From Verrucomicrobiales bacterium (lineage in GTDB: Bacteria; Verrucomicrobiota; Verrucomicrobiia; Verrucomicrobiales; V1-33), in the NCBI GenBank assembly GCA_028293125.1, contig JAQGPJ010000034.1, forward strand, positions 22,465 to 86,464: a DNA stretch of 64,000 nt. Reading direction: 5' to 3'. How positions within the stretch are numbered: the first letter of the stretch is position 1; every line of letters begins with the position of its first letter. The position numbers were made by a program, and so were the translations under genes. The notes beneath the pieces are model-generated. The model ran no database searches. It had not been told where the DNA came from and worked only from the letters and a program-made list of their open reading frames with translations. Below are positions 54,114 to 64,000 of the stretch, piece after piece.

Positions 54114-54255
54114 ATTTTTACCCGTCCGAAGGCTTGGCGGCGTAATTCAGCGCCGCACTATTGACACCGGAAATCCTGCGGCAAAAAATCAGCGCCGAAA
54201 TCCCTTGGGCATTTTTTCATTTTGGAGGCCGCAGTGCCGGCAAGAATCCCTTGCC

Positions 54256-54270
54256 TGGCACAGGATATGC
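54256..54270 (+). promoter_or_regulatory. Sigma54 (-24/-12) promoter of gltB
   Basis: TGGCACAGGATATGC = GG-N10-GC, about 80 nt upstream of ATG 54350. Confidence 0.65.
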
Positions 54271-54349
54271 GCCGAAGGAACCTGTCCCCCCGGTTTCATT
54301 TTCAACCGAGGTTTCCCTGTCCCTGGAAGCCGCCCCCCATCACAAAGAC

Positions 54350-57300
54350 ATGAACCACCACTATCCCGTCGCGATTCCCAACGAAGGCTCCCTGCACCTT
54401 CCGGAGCTGGAACGTGATGCCTGCGGGGTCGGATTCATCGCCAATATCCATGGGATAAAGAGCCACCGCATCCTGCGCTATGGAATCACCTCCTGCTGCA
54501 ACGTGATTCACCGCGGTGCCGCTGGAGCGGACATGAAGACAGGCGACGGCGCCGGCATCCTGACGCAGATCCCCCACAAGATTTTCCGCACGGTCCTCAA
54601 AGAGGAGTTTGACTATGATCTGCTGAAGGACAGCGACCTTGGCGTTGGTGTGTTCTTTCTGCCCCGTGAGGACGACGAGGAAAAGCACAACGCCAAGCTG
54701 GCCACCAAGCTGATCCTTCAGAATCTCGGCATCAAGGTGATCGGCTGGCGGAAGGTGCCGATCAATGAGAAGGAGCTGGGCCAGTCCGCCCGCGACACCC
54801 GCCCCTCCATCTGCCACCTCTTCGTTGAGCGCGCGGAGGACATGAGCGATGACGAGTTCGAGCGCACGCTCTTCATCGCCCGCCGCCAGATCGGCATCCA
54901 TCTCCGCTCGGAGAAGGTGAAGAATTTCTACATTCCGTCCTTCTCCCACCGGACCATCGTTTACAAAGCTCTGGCCCTGCCCACAGTGCTGTCGAAGTTC
55001 TATCTGGATCTCAACAACCCTGATTTCGAGACCGCGCTGTGCCTCTACCACCAGCGCTTCTCCACCAACACCTTCCCCACCTGGTCGCTGTGCCATCCCT
55101 TCCGGATGCTCTGCCATAACGGCGAGATCAACACCGTGCGCGGCAACCGCAACTGGCTGTCCAGCCGCGAGAGCGATTTCCAGAGTGAGATCTGGGGCGA
55201 CCGCGTGCGGCATCTGCGCCCCATGCTGGATCCCACGCAGTCGGACTCCGCCAGCCTGGACTCCGCGCTGGAGCTGCTGGTCATGTCCGGCCGCTCGCCG
55301 GAGGAGGCCATGGCCCTGCTGGTGCCGCCGGCCTACGGCATTGACCCCTTCACCACTCCGGAGCAGAAAGCCTACTACGAATACAACCAGTGCTTCAGCG
55401 AGCCCTGGGACGGTCCGGCCTCGCTGGTCTTCACGGACGGCCGCACCGTGGCCGCCTGTCTAGACCGGAACGGCCTGCGCCCCTCCCGTTTCAAGCTCAC
55501 GGAGGACGGCATCTTCACGCTCGGCTCGGAGGTCGGCGTGATCGAACTTGATGACAACACCATCATCCGCAAGGGCCGCCTGGCACCGGGCGAGATGGTC
55601 AGCATCAACACGGAGACCGGCCTCCTGCGGTTCAATGACGAGATCAAACAGGCTCTGGCCACCCGCCAGCCGTATGGGGAATGGCTGAGCCAGAACCGGA
55701 TCGCCCTCTCGGACAAGGCGGATCCCGCCCCGCAGCCGCTGGCGGGCGAACTGGACATCCTGACGCTGTCGCAGAAGCAGGCCGCCTTCGGCTACACCAA
55801 GGAGGAGCTGGACATGGGCTTCGTCCCCATGCTGAGGGATGGTCTGGAGGCCACGCACTCCATGGGCGACGACACGCCGCTGGCGGTGCTGAGCACCAAG
55901 CCGCGCCTGCTCTTCACCTACTTCAAGCAGATCTTCGCCCAGGTCACGAACCCGCCGATCGACCCCATCCGCGAGCGGCTGGTGATGTCGCTGTCCGTAT
56001 CCCTCGGCTGGTACCGCAACATTCTGAAGGAGACCCCGGAGCACGCGAAGGTGGTGCATCTGGAAACTCCCGTCCTGTGGCCTCACGAGCTGGAGGCGCT
56101 GAGATCGCTGGAGGATTTCCCCAGCCGCACCATCGACACCACCTGGGCCGCCGCCGAGGGTGAAGCCGGTCTGGAACCCGCCGTGAAGCGCATCTGCGCG
56201 GAGGCCGAACAGGCGGTCAGCGAGGGTGTGCGTATCCTTATTCTCAGCGACCGCGCCACCGATGAAAACCACGTGCCGGTCCCGGCCCTGCTGGTCACGG
56301 GAGCGGTGCACCATCACCTCAACCGCTTCCGCAAGCGCATGAGACTCAGCATCATCGTGGATTCCGGGGAGGCCCGCGACGTCCATCAGATCGCCACCCT
56401 CTTCGGTTACGGAGCCCAGGCCGTGTGTCCCTACCTCGGTTATGAAACTGTGCGCGAACTCGTGGACACCCACAAGGAGCTCGCCGGCACGGATTTCCTG
56501 AAGGCGATGAAAAACTACCGCTACGCCTTGGAGAAAGGCGTGCTGAAGATCATGTCCAAAATGGGCATCAGCGTGCTCGCCTCCTACCAGGGAGCACAGA
56601 TTTTCGAAGCTGTGGGCATCGCCACCCCGCTGATCAAAAGCTGCTTCACCGGCACCCCCAGCCAGATCGAGGGCATCGGGTTCAGGGAAATCGCCATGGA
56701 GTCCCTGGCCCGCCACGCCGGCGGTTATGGCGACGCCATTCCCAAGGGTCCGGAGGATCTCGGGGATCCCGGTTATTACCGTTACCGCCGCGACGGCGAA
56801 CGGCACGCTATCGACGCCGGCTTCATCAAGAACTTCCACACCTTTGTCAAAACCGGCAAGGCGGAGGACTATGCCGCCTACGTCGAGCAGTACACGAAGA
56901 ACCGCCCGGTTTCGCTGCACGATCTGTTCGAACTGGTCCCCGGCGCGTCCGGTCCGGTGCCGCTGTCGGAGGTGGAGCGCATTGAGGACATCCGCGTGCG
57001 GTTCACCACCGCCGCCATGTCCCTCGGCGCGCTCAGCCCCGAGGCCCACGAGATGCTGGCCATTGCCATGAACGAGATCGGCGGCAAGTCGAACTCGGGC
57101 GAGGGCGGCGAGGATCCGGCCCGCTTCAAGCGCTATGAAAACGGCGAGTGGGGCAATTCCAAGATCAAGCAGATCGCCTCCGGCCGTTTCGGTGTCACTG
57201 CGGAATACCTCGCCAGCGCCGAGGAACTGGAGATCAAGATGGCCCAGGGCGCCAAGCCCGGCGAAGGCGGCCAGCTTCCCGGCATGAAGGTGCAGGGCAT

Positions 57301-58912
57301 CATCGCCAAGCTGCGCCGCACCCAGCCCGGTGTGCAGCTGATCAGCCCGCCGCCGCACCACGACATCTACTCCATCGAGGATCTGGCCCAGCTCATTCAC
57401 GACCTGAAGCAGGTGAATCCCCGCGCCCGGGTCTGCGTGAAGCTGGTGGCCGAATCCGGCGTCGGCACCATTGCCGCCGGCGTGGCCAAGGCCAATGCGG
57501 ACATCATCCTCGTGTCCGGCCATGAGGGTGGAACCGGCGCCTCGCCGATCTCCTCCATCAAGCACGCGGGTCTGCCTTGGGAGATCGGCCTCGCCGAAAC
57601 CCAGCAGGTCCTCATGCTCAACGGTCTGCGTGACCGCGTGACCCTCCGCACGGACGGCGGGCTGCGCAGCGGCATGGACATCATCCACGCCGCCATCCTG
57701 GGCGCTGAGGAGTTCAACTTCGGCACCATCGCCCTCATCGCCATGGGCTGCGTGTATGTCCGCAAGTGCCACCTCAACACCTGCCCGGTCGGCATCGCCA
57801 CCCAGGACCCGAAATACCGCGACAAGTTCAAAGGCAAAAAGGAGTCGGTCATCAACTTCTTCAACGCCGTCGCCGGGGAGGTCCGGGAGATCATGGCCAG
57901 CTTGGGCGTGCGCCGCCTGAACGACCTCATCGGGAGAGTCGAATACATCCGCCAGCGGCACATCGAGGGCCATCCCAAGGCCAACACCATCAATCTCAGC
58001 AAGGTGCTGAAGAACGTCGCCGCCGAGCTCGGCGAGGACGTGGCCCGCATCTGTCTGAAAGGCCGGAACGATGGTATCCACCCGCATCCGCTGGACGACA
58101 AGATCATCCAGGAGGCCAAGGACGCCATCACCGACCAGGTGCCGGTGCGCCTCAGCTTCCGGGTCAAGAACACCAACCGCAACATTGGCACCAAGCTCAG
58201 CGGCGAGATCGCCTACCACTGGGGCGACACCGGTTTGCCCGAAGGCACCATCACCGTGAACTTGGAGGGCAGCGCCGGCCAGTCCTTCGGCACCTTCCTG
58301 TGCGGTGGCATCAAGCTGATCCTCACCGGCGAGGCCAATGACTACGTGGGCAAGGGCATGACCGCGGGCGAAATCGTCATCAAGCCGCGTCCGGGCGTCA
58401 AATTCGCCGCCGCCGAAAACTCCATCATCGGCAACACCGTCATGTATGGATCCACGGGCGGCCATCTCTTCGCCAATGGCCGCGCCGGCGAGCGCTTCTG
58501 CGTCCGCAACTCCGGCGGCATCGCCGTGGTGGAGGGCGTGGGCGACCACGGCTGCGAATACATGACCAACGGCACCGTGGTGATCCTCGGCCCCACCGGC
58601 AAGAACTTCGGTGCCGGCATGTCCGGCGGGACAGCCTACGTCCTTGATGAGAACGGGCACTTCGACCAGCTGCACAACACGGAACTGACCGAGCGCGTGC
58701 GCCTGACCGAACCAGCCGACATCGCGGTCCTCAAGTCCCTGATCTTCCGCCACTACGACGCCACCGACAGTGTCAAGGCCCGCGGGATCACGGACAACTG
58801 GGCCAAATACGAGCCGCTCTTCTACAAAGTGCAGCCCCGTCAGGTCACCCCGCCCGCTCCCAAGCCCGCTCCGGCGACGGCGGAAACAGTCACCGAGCCT
58901 GCCAAGGTCTGA
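54350..58912 (+). CDS. gltB: Glutamate synthase large subunit
   Basis: ERDACGVGF, HQRFSTNT, HNGEINT, EPWDGPA, AQVTNPPIDP, KMAQGAKPGEGGQLPG, C-x5-C-x4-C, GXGXG C-terminal domain. Confidence 0.97.
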   Translation: MNHHYPVAIPNEGSLHLPELERDACGVGFIANIHGIKSHRILRYGITSCCNVIHRGAAGADMKTGDGAGILTQIPHKIFRTVLKEEFDYDLLKDSDLGVGVFFLPREDDEEKHNAKLATKLILQNLGIKVIGWRKVPINEKELGQSARDTRPSICHLFVERAEDMSDDEFERTLFIARRQIGIHLRSEKVKNFYIPSFSHRTIVYKALALPTVLSKFYLDLNNPDFETALCLYHQRFSTNTFPTWSLCHPFRMLCHNGEINTVRGNRNWLSSRESDFQSEIWGDRVRHLRPMLDPTQSDSASLDSALELLVMSGRSPEEAMALLVPPAYGIDPFTTPEQKAYYEYNQCFSEPWDGPASLVFTDGRTVAACLDRNGLRPSRFKLTEDGIFTLGSEVGVIELDDNTIIRKGRLAPGEMVSINTETGLLRFNDEIKQALATRQPYGEWLSQNRIALSDKADPAPQPLAGELDILTLSQKQAAFGYTKEELDMGFVPMLRDGLEATHSMGDDTPLAVLSTKPRLLFTYFKQIFAQVTNPPIDPIRERLVMSLSVSLGWYRNILKETPEHAKVVHLETPVLWPHELEALRSLEDFPSRTIDTTWAAAEGEAGLEPAVKRICAEAEQAVSEGVRILILSDRATDENHVPVPALLVTGAVHHHLNRFRKRMRLSIIVDSGEARDVHQIATLFGYGAQAVCPYLGYETVRELVDTHKELAGTDFLKAMKNYRYALEKGVLKIMSKMGISVLASYQGAQIFEAVGIATPLIKSCFTGTPSQIEGIGFREIAMESLARHAGGYGDAIPKGPEDLGDPGYYRYRRDGERHAIDAGFIKNFHTFVKTGKAEDYAAYVEQYTKNRPVSLHDLFELVPGASGPVPLSEVERIEDIRVRFTTAAMSLGALSPEAHEMLAIAMNEIGGKSNSGEGGEDPARFKRYENGEWGNSKIKQIASGRFGVTAEYLASAEELEIKMAQGAKPGEGGQLPGMKVQGIIAKLRRTQPGVQLISPPPHHDIYSIEDLAQLIHDLKQVNPRARVCVKLVAESGVGTIAAGVAKANADIILVSGHEGGTGASPISSIKHAGLPWEIGLAETQQVLMLNGLRDRVTLRTDGGLRSGMDIIHAAILGAEEFNFGTIALIAMGCVYVRKCHLNTCPVGIATQDPKYRDKFKGKKESVINFFNAVAGEVREIMASLGVRRLNDLIGRVEYIRQRHIEGHPKANTINLSKVLKNVAAELGEDVARICLKGRNDGIHPHPLDDKIIQEAKDAITDQVPVRLSFRVKNTNRNIGTKLSGEIAYHWGDTGLPEGTITVNLEGSAGQSFGTFLCGGIKLILTGEANDYVGKGMTAGEIVIKPRPGVKFAAAENSIIGNTVMYGSTGGHLFANGRAGERFCVRNSGGIAVVEGVGDHGCEYMTNGTVVILGPTGKNFGAGMSGGTAYVLDENGHFDQLHNTELTERVRLTEPADIAVLKSLIFRHYDATDSVKARGITDNWAKYEPLFYKVQPRQVTPPAPKPAPATAETVTEPAKV

Positions 58913-58965
58913 CCTGAAGCACTGACTGATATGAGACGCACAGCCCTTCCGCGGCATCCATCCAA

Positions 58966-59550
58966 TCAGCAGGCCGGCATGGCCAGCATGGTCCGGAGTA
59001 TGCCGGACTTGGGGAGAGCACGGTAGCCGATGGCGGGAAACCTGCTGAGGCTTTCGAGCAGCTGTCGGTCCTCCGGGCAGAATTGGCGGGCGGGATCGTG
59101 GCTGACAGCCCAGATGGTGCCGACGGGCTTTCCGTCGATGTAAAAGGGAATGAGCAGCACTTCCTCCAAGGGCGGCAGGATGGGAGCCAGGTAGGTGAAA
59201 TGCCGTTCCGGGTGGATGAAGAGAATGGAGGAGCGGCGGTCGATCACGGTTCCGCAGGGGCCGAAGTCGCTGGGAGTGCCCGATCCGAGGTAGCTCCGGA
59301 GCTGGCCGGCGACCGCAGGCCAGACAAACTGCTTTCTGTTTTCATCCAGCAGGCTGATGCCGGTGGAGCCCGCGCCGGAAAGTTGGAGGGCGGATTTCAC
59401 GAGCTGATCGAAGAAAGTCAGCGGTGAGGTCATGGCTCGGGTGAGATCCGTGAAGGCTTGGGTTTCCCCGGCGAGGTCCTTCCGCCGGCTGGGGCGCTGC
59501 TCCAGCCCGCCGGTGGCAATCACGGATTCCAAATCGCTTGAACACTTCAT
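58966..59550 (-). CDS. Stand-alone GAF-domain protein
   Basis: STGISLL, FGPCGTVIDR, HPERHF.YL, EEVLLIPF..DG..VGTIWAVSH, EDRQLLESL. Confidence 0.8.
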   Translation of the reverse strand: MKCSSDLESVIATGGLEQRPSRRKDLAGETQAFTDLTRAMTSPLTFFDQLVKSALQLSGAGSTGISLLDENRKQFVWPAVAGQLRSYLGSGTPSDFGPCGTVIDRRSSILFIHPERHFTYLAPILPPLEEVLLIPFYIDGKPVGTIWAVSHDPARQFCPEDRQLLESLSRFPAIGYRALPKSGILRTMLAMPAC

Positions 59551-59888
59551 TTCCTACTAATAGACAGAAGCAGCGGAAATGATGTTTTTTTTAGGGTATT
59601 TCAGGAAGGAAACCCGGCGGCGGGACTCACCCGGAGTTTTCCCGATCCAGACGGAGCATGGCCTGCTGAATCCCGTCCGCTGAAATCCTTTGTTTGAGGA
59701 GGCTGAGCACTTTGAGCTCCGGAGAGATGATTAGCCCGGCGGTGCTTTGGTCGGGGAATTCATGCTCGAAACGGTTCGGACTTTCCAGTTCGGGAAGAAA
59801 CGCCGCATGAAAGACCGGACACCCGAACCCTTTTTCCCCTGAGGACCCCAACTTTGCTTTCACCTTCACAATCAATGCTCCCAATGAC

Positions 59889-61623
59889 TTATTCCGGCCG
59901 GTTTTGCAGCCATTCCCGCAGCAGAGTTAAATTGGCGGGCTTGACCATATATTGGTCAAATCCGGCGGCCTGCGCACGGCTGCGGTCCTCCGCGCTGTCA
60001 TACCCGCTGAGGGCCACCAGAAAGACCCCGGACAGTTCAGGCATCGCACGGAGGCGGCGGGCCACTTCAAAGCCGTCCATTCCAGGCAGTCCGATGTCCA
60101 GCAGCACCACCCCGGGCAGAAACTCCCCCGCTGTTGCAATCGCTTCCGGACCGCTGAAGGCGACATGGGTTGTATGGCCCCGGTGACTTTGAAGCCTTGC
60201 AAGGCTTAGGGCCGCATCCCTGTTGTCCTCCACAATCAGGATCCGGCGCGGAGTATCCTTCACGTGTCGTGCGGAGGATGGCGCGGGAGGCGGAGAAGGA
60301 GGGGGCGCTTTCTCAAGCACCGGGAGACGCACCATGAACTCACTGCCGCACCCCTCGCCCCTACTGTGCGCCTCAACGCTGCCGCCGTGCAGCTTCACCA
60401 GCCGCCGCACAAGGGTGAGGCCGATGCCCAGTCCCCCGTGTTCGCGGTCGGACGAGCGGCTGCCCTGCACAAAAAGATCAAAGAGCCGAGGGAGCAGTTC
60501 AGGAGCGATGCCCGCTCCGTCGTCCCGCACACAAATGACAACTTCAGAAGGCTCAACGCCGGAGGTGCGCGCGGCGCTCAGCCGAATATGGCTTCCCTCC
60601 CCGCTGTACTTGCAGGCATTCCCTAAAAGATTACTAAAGACCTGCTCAAGGCGCGTGGTGTCCGCATTCAAAAAGATCGGTCTGTCCGGCAGGGAGAGGT
60701 GCAGGCTCTGGCGGCGTTCGGCGGCTGGAAAATGCGCCGCGCATTACCGCGGTGAGAATGCTCTCAAGGGCCACGGGCGCGCATTTCAGTTCAATTTTCC
60801 CCTCCGTGATCCTCGATACATCCAGCAGATCATCAATCATCCGGCTCATGTTCCCCAACTGACGCAGGATCATGCTGTATGCCTCTCCGCGCTCCTGGAC
60901 ATCCGCCCCGGGAGTCTGCAAAATCTCCAAGGCGTTGCGCACCGGGGCCAGCGGATTGCGCAGCTCGTGGGCCAGCATCGCCAGAAACTCATTCTTGCTG
61001 CGGTCGGCCTGCGCAAGGTCCGCTGCCCGCGCCTGCAGCGACTCCTCAAGAAGCAGGCGCTCGGTGAGATTCGTGTAGCTGGTCAGGATGGACCCGGTTT
61101 CGGAGTCCCGCACCCAGCGGCAGAGCGAGGGAATGCGCCGCCCGTCGCGCGCCGTCTGAACCACTTCTCCAATGAAGGAACCCTCACGGTGAAGCTGCTC
61201 CACGATTTCCTCCATAGGTTTTGGAAACTCCGTCCTCATGAGGCCATGCAGGTCCCGCCCCGCCGCCTCCTGGGCCGTCCAGCCATACATTCTTTCAGCC
61301 CCGGCATTCCACAGCGTGATTCTGTTGTTGGCCCCCCGCACGATGATGGCGTCATTGCTTAGGTCCAGCAGGCGCACTTTTTCGGCCAGCTCCCGCATCA
61401 CCTCCCGGCGTTGGGTGATTTCCGCCTCCAGTTGTCCGTTCAGTTTCCCGGCCTCCTCCGCCAGTTCATGCTGGCGCACCAAACTCAGCATGAGGGCCTC
61501 ATTCACCTCCCTCAGCTGATCCTGACACTCCACAGGTTCAGGCCTCCGGATTACAGCCGTCAAAATTTCCCCGTCCGACCTCAACGGCATGGACTGACCG
61601 TCCGGTGCTACGGATTCTGACAT
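59889..61623 (-). pseudogene. PAS-HisKA-HATPase-REC hybrid histidine kinase, frameshifted near 60730-60750
   Basis: Upstream ORF has PAS (WNAGAERMYGW) and H-box FLAMLAHELRNPL. The continuation SLPDRPIFLNADTTRLEQVFSNLLGNACKY...DDGAGI...GLGIGL...REC (ILIVEDN, LLDIGLPGMDG) is in another frame. Confidence 0.85.
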
Positions 61624-61648
61624 CTAAAATTGCAGGTTCACCTTCTCT

Positions 61649-63205
61649 TTACGCTGACTCCTCCGGTCCGGGCGCAGTTTCCCCGCGCCGCCCGGCCTGT
61701 TCCGGCAGCCCAGTGGTCAGCCTGGCATATCCGGACGCGGCGCGGGGCATCACCTCCATGCCTTTCCCGGTGATGGTGTATTCGCGGATATCCCTGCTGT
61801 GACTGCCGCCCCGCATTTTGATGACCATCAGCACCTTCCGCAGCTGGCCGTCAATTTCCACATAGCGCATCCGGATGATGTCGTCCGTGAGAAACGAGAT
61901 CGCGTAGTGGCTGAAGGGCATCCCGGCAAAGGAATCCTCCACCTCCACCGTGCTGAGAATCGTGACCCCGGCTCCCGTCAGGGCCACGATCATCCGGTAA
62001 AGCGACTCCCGGAAATCCTGCCGGAATCCCGGTGCCAGCGCCATTTCAAAACCCATCAGCGAATCAATCACCAGCCGTTTTGCCCCGGTTCTTTCGATGG
62101 CGTCGAGAATCTCCTGCAAAGTTTCATCCACCGAAAGATCAAGCGGGCGGAGGTAGAGGATTTCCAGCTTTCCATTCCGTTGTGATTCCGAGAGATTGAG
62201 ACCGAAACTGTCAGCGCGCTCCTCATATCCCGAAGGGCGCTCCTCAAAGATCACGATAATCCCCGGTTCCCCGCGACGCAGCCCCTCCGCGATGAACTGC
62301 GTGGCCAGTGCGGATTTTCCTGTCCCGGAAGGCCCGGCCACCAGAAGACTGTCTCCCTCCAGCACCCCTCCCCCCATCATGTCATCCAGCTCCGGAATCC
62401 CGAGGGAAAGCCGGCGGCCCCGCTGCGCGGTCACCTTTTTCCTGCTGAATCCCAGGGTGCGCGGGAATGCCTGCAGCCCGTCCGCGCTGATGCGGATGGT
62501 GTGCAGGCCGGGCACCGAGGCGTGCCCGCGTGACTTCATGATTTCCAGTTTGCGCACCACGGAGTTTCTCTCCGCCAGCTGGGAAAGCCAGAAGAGGCCG
62601 TCCGCGATGGTGAAGACCGGATTGTCCCGGATCTCTTCCAGCGCATATTCCCCGATTAGGAAGGTCGTGGCCTCCCAGCTGGTCAGGAACTGGGCGAGGC
62701 GCTGAACGAACGACTGCATGTCGGGCTGGTTTGGTTCTCCGGGCGCTTTGCGCACCACCGTGCGGAAGGAGTCCACCACTACAAAACCCGGCTGCACAGC
62801 CGTGACCTGTTTGGTGATTTCCTCAAGCACCGCCTCCAAATCCCGCTCCAGCACCAGGTCACCCAGGCTGATAAAACGGATGGCCGAATCAAGGAGGGGG
62901 GCGTCGAAGAAGGAGAACTGCTGCTGATAGCGCAGCATTTTCAGGGCCGGTTCCCCGAGCACCGTGAAATATAGCGCCGGTTTCTGCGGCGTGGCATTGG
63001 CGAAAAGGATCTGATGCGCCAGCGTGGTTTTGCCGCAGCCCGGCATTCCCGCGATGATGTTGAAGGAGAATTCCGGGATGCCGCCGCCCATGATGTCATC
63101 CAGACCGCGCACGCCGGTCGGTATTCTCCGGATCCTGACTTTGCCGGGCTGACCCCCGGTTTCCCCCGCCGGTCCGTCTTTAACCGTATCGGTGTGTCTT
63201 TTCAT
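61649..63205 (-). CDS. KaiC-like double-domain RecA-superfamily ATPase
   Basis: IPTGVRGLD..MGGGIP, GMPGCGKTT, VVVDS, KSRG; second domain GPSGTGKS, FEE, RLVIDS, ISFLTDDII, KMRG. Confidence 0.9.
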   Translation of the reverse strand: MKRHTDTVKDGPAGETGGQPGKVRIRRIPTGVRGLDDIMGGGIPEFSFNIIAGMPGCGKTTLAHQILFANATPQKPALYFTVLGEPALKMLRYQQQFSFFDAPLLDSAIRFISLGDLVLERDLEAVLEEITKQVTAVQPGFVVVDSFRTVVRKAPGEPNQPDMQSFVQRLAQFLTSWEATTFLIGEYALEEIRDNPVFTIADGLFWLSQLAERNSVVRKLEIMKSRGHASVPGLHTIRISADGLQAFPRTLGFSRKKVTAQRGRRLSLGIPELDDMMGGGVLEGDSLLVAGPSGTGKSALATQFIAEGLRRGEPGIIVIFEERPSGYEERADSFGLNLSESQRNGKLEILYLRPLDLSVDETLQEILDAIERTGAKRLVIDSLMGFEMALAPGFRQDFRESLYRMIVALTGAGVTILSTVEVEDSFAGMPFSHYAISFLTDDIIRMRYVEIDGQLRKVLMVIKMRGGSHSRDIREYTITGKGMEVMPRAASGYARLTTGLPEQAGRRGETAPGPEESA

Positions 63206-63216
63206 TTTTTTGGCTC

Positions 63217-63654
63217 CTATACCGATTCATCCTGTTTTTCAATCTGATCATTGAGCGACAGTCCCGGCCATGTCTCACGGACCAGCCGAAGCGTCAGATT
63301 TTCCCCGATGAAGGCCTCCAGCAGCCCAAGCAAATGGGCCACCAGAATCACGCCGCCCCCGGCAATGCCGCCGGATTCAGCCAGTGCCTCCAGTTCGTCC
63401 ACCCCCTCCCATGAGCCGTCAGCGCTGACCCGCACCGCAAGCAGAGCCGGAGCCTCCGCCTGGGTCAGGGAGAGCACGCGCGCAAGCAGCGCGTGGAAAC
63501 CACCATGGCCAACAAGCGCCGTCAGCCGCGGCCCCAGCCGCTCACACACGCTGAAGGCCGCCAGGCTGTTGGTTCCTGAGGATTTATTTGCGGTCATTTC
63601 GCAGGCTATAAGATGCCCGGCAAAAACCCGCATCTTTGGAGTGACCCTGCTCAT
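63217..63654 (-). CDS. Small helical hypothetical protein directly upstream of the KaiC-like ATPase
   Basis: VCERL...LTALVG..GF.ALLAR, LLGLLEAFIGENLTLRLV...WP; 11-nt gap to the ATPase start. Confidence 0.75.
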   Translation of the reverse strand: MSRVTPKMRVFAGHLIACEMTANKSSGTNSLAAFSVCERLGPRLTALVGHGGFHALLARVLSLTQAEAPALLAVRVSADGSWEGVDELEALAESGGIAGGGVILVAHLLGLLEAFIGENLTLRLVRETWPGLSLNDQIEKQDESV

Positions 63655-63769
63655 TTTGCGGGTATCATGGGTGTTCCCAAGCTGCAGGCAACCCCCTTTT
63701 TACTGAACAGGCTGGATTTCAGGCCGTTGGGCACTGAAGGAATTCAGCCGCACCCGGGGCTCCAAGCCT

Positions 63770-63940
63770 TCAGATATCCGGGCCGGCCGGCTGCAGACCA
63801 GCCTCGCCACCATGGGGGACATCCTCCACGACGATTATTTCGTGGGAGACTTCATACTCCACGATCGCCGCCCGGATGGCTGAGAGACAACGGCCAAGCC
63901 AGGCCTGTTCATTATAGGCTGGAATGATGAATGATACCAT
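63770..63940 (-). pseudogene. Truncated family-2 glycosyltransferase N-terminus
   Basis: MVSFIIPAYNE..LGRCL.AI...EIIVVED; similarity is then lost and a stop follows within ~20 codons. Confidence 0.65.
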
Positions 63941-64000
63941 CCCTAAGTAAAAAAGTGACAAATTTCAGTTGATGTGGCAGAATCCGCCATGGCCGGAGCC

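Noticed and set aside
55460-58957. 1165-aa minus-strand ORF
   Set aside because: Antisense shadow of gltB.
59627-59884. 85-aa ORF between the hybrid kinase and the GAF gene
   Set aside because: TTG start and no recognisable motif; cannot be supported as a gene.

Overview
High-GC bacterial chromosome segment, most consistent with Verrucomicrobiota (PVC superphylum). The evidence is a DUF1549/DUF1553 + DUF1501 pair, a CotH/lamin-tail surface protein, a LysM gene between murD and ftsW, and secreted proteins with a shared C-terminal tail. Housekeeping content: rppH-like Nudix, trmD, xylB, metH, nadK, a partial dcw cluster (rsmH-ftsL-ftsI-murE-murF-mraY-murD-lysM-ftsW), bamD-like, lptE, tRNA-Val(GAC), a dnaA without adjacent dnaN, and gltB with a sigma54-type promoter. 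Three things stand out. (1) A self-contained regulated cassette at 2769-13872. Its sensor kinase carries a close copy of the circularly permuted discoidin-like domain found in one of the neighbouring genes, and a 16-bp palindrome (TCCCCCGWWCGGGGDA) abuts the -35 of all three divergent promoters. The kinase has a TGG->TGA nonsense codon. (2) metH carries a ~417-codon in-frame insertion encoding a zeta-toxin-like P-loop kinase plus a small nested +1-frame ORF, flanked by a degenerate direct repeat. (3) A partly decayed KaiC-like ATPase signalling operon at the right end. Three free-standing type II toxin-antitoxin pairs are also present, one with an apparently chimeric ParD/YefM antitoxin. All family assignments come from motif recognition by eye; no searches were run.
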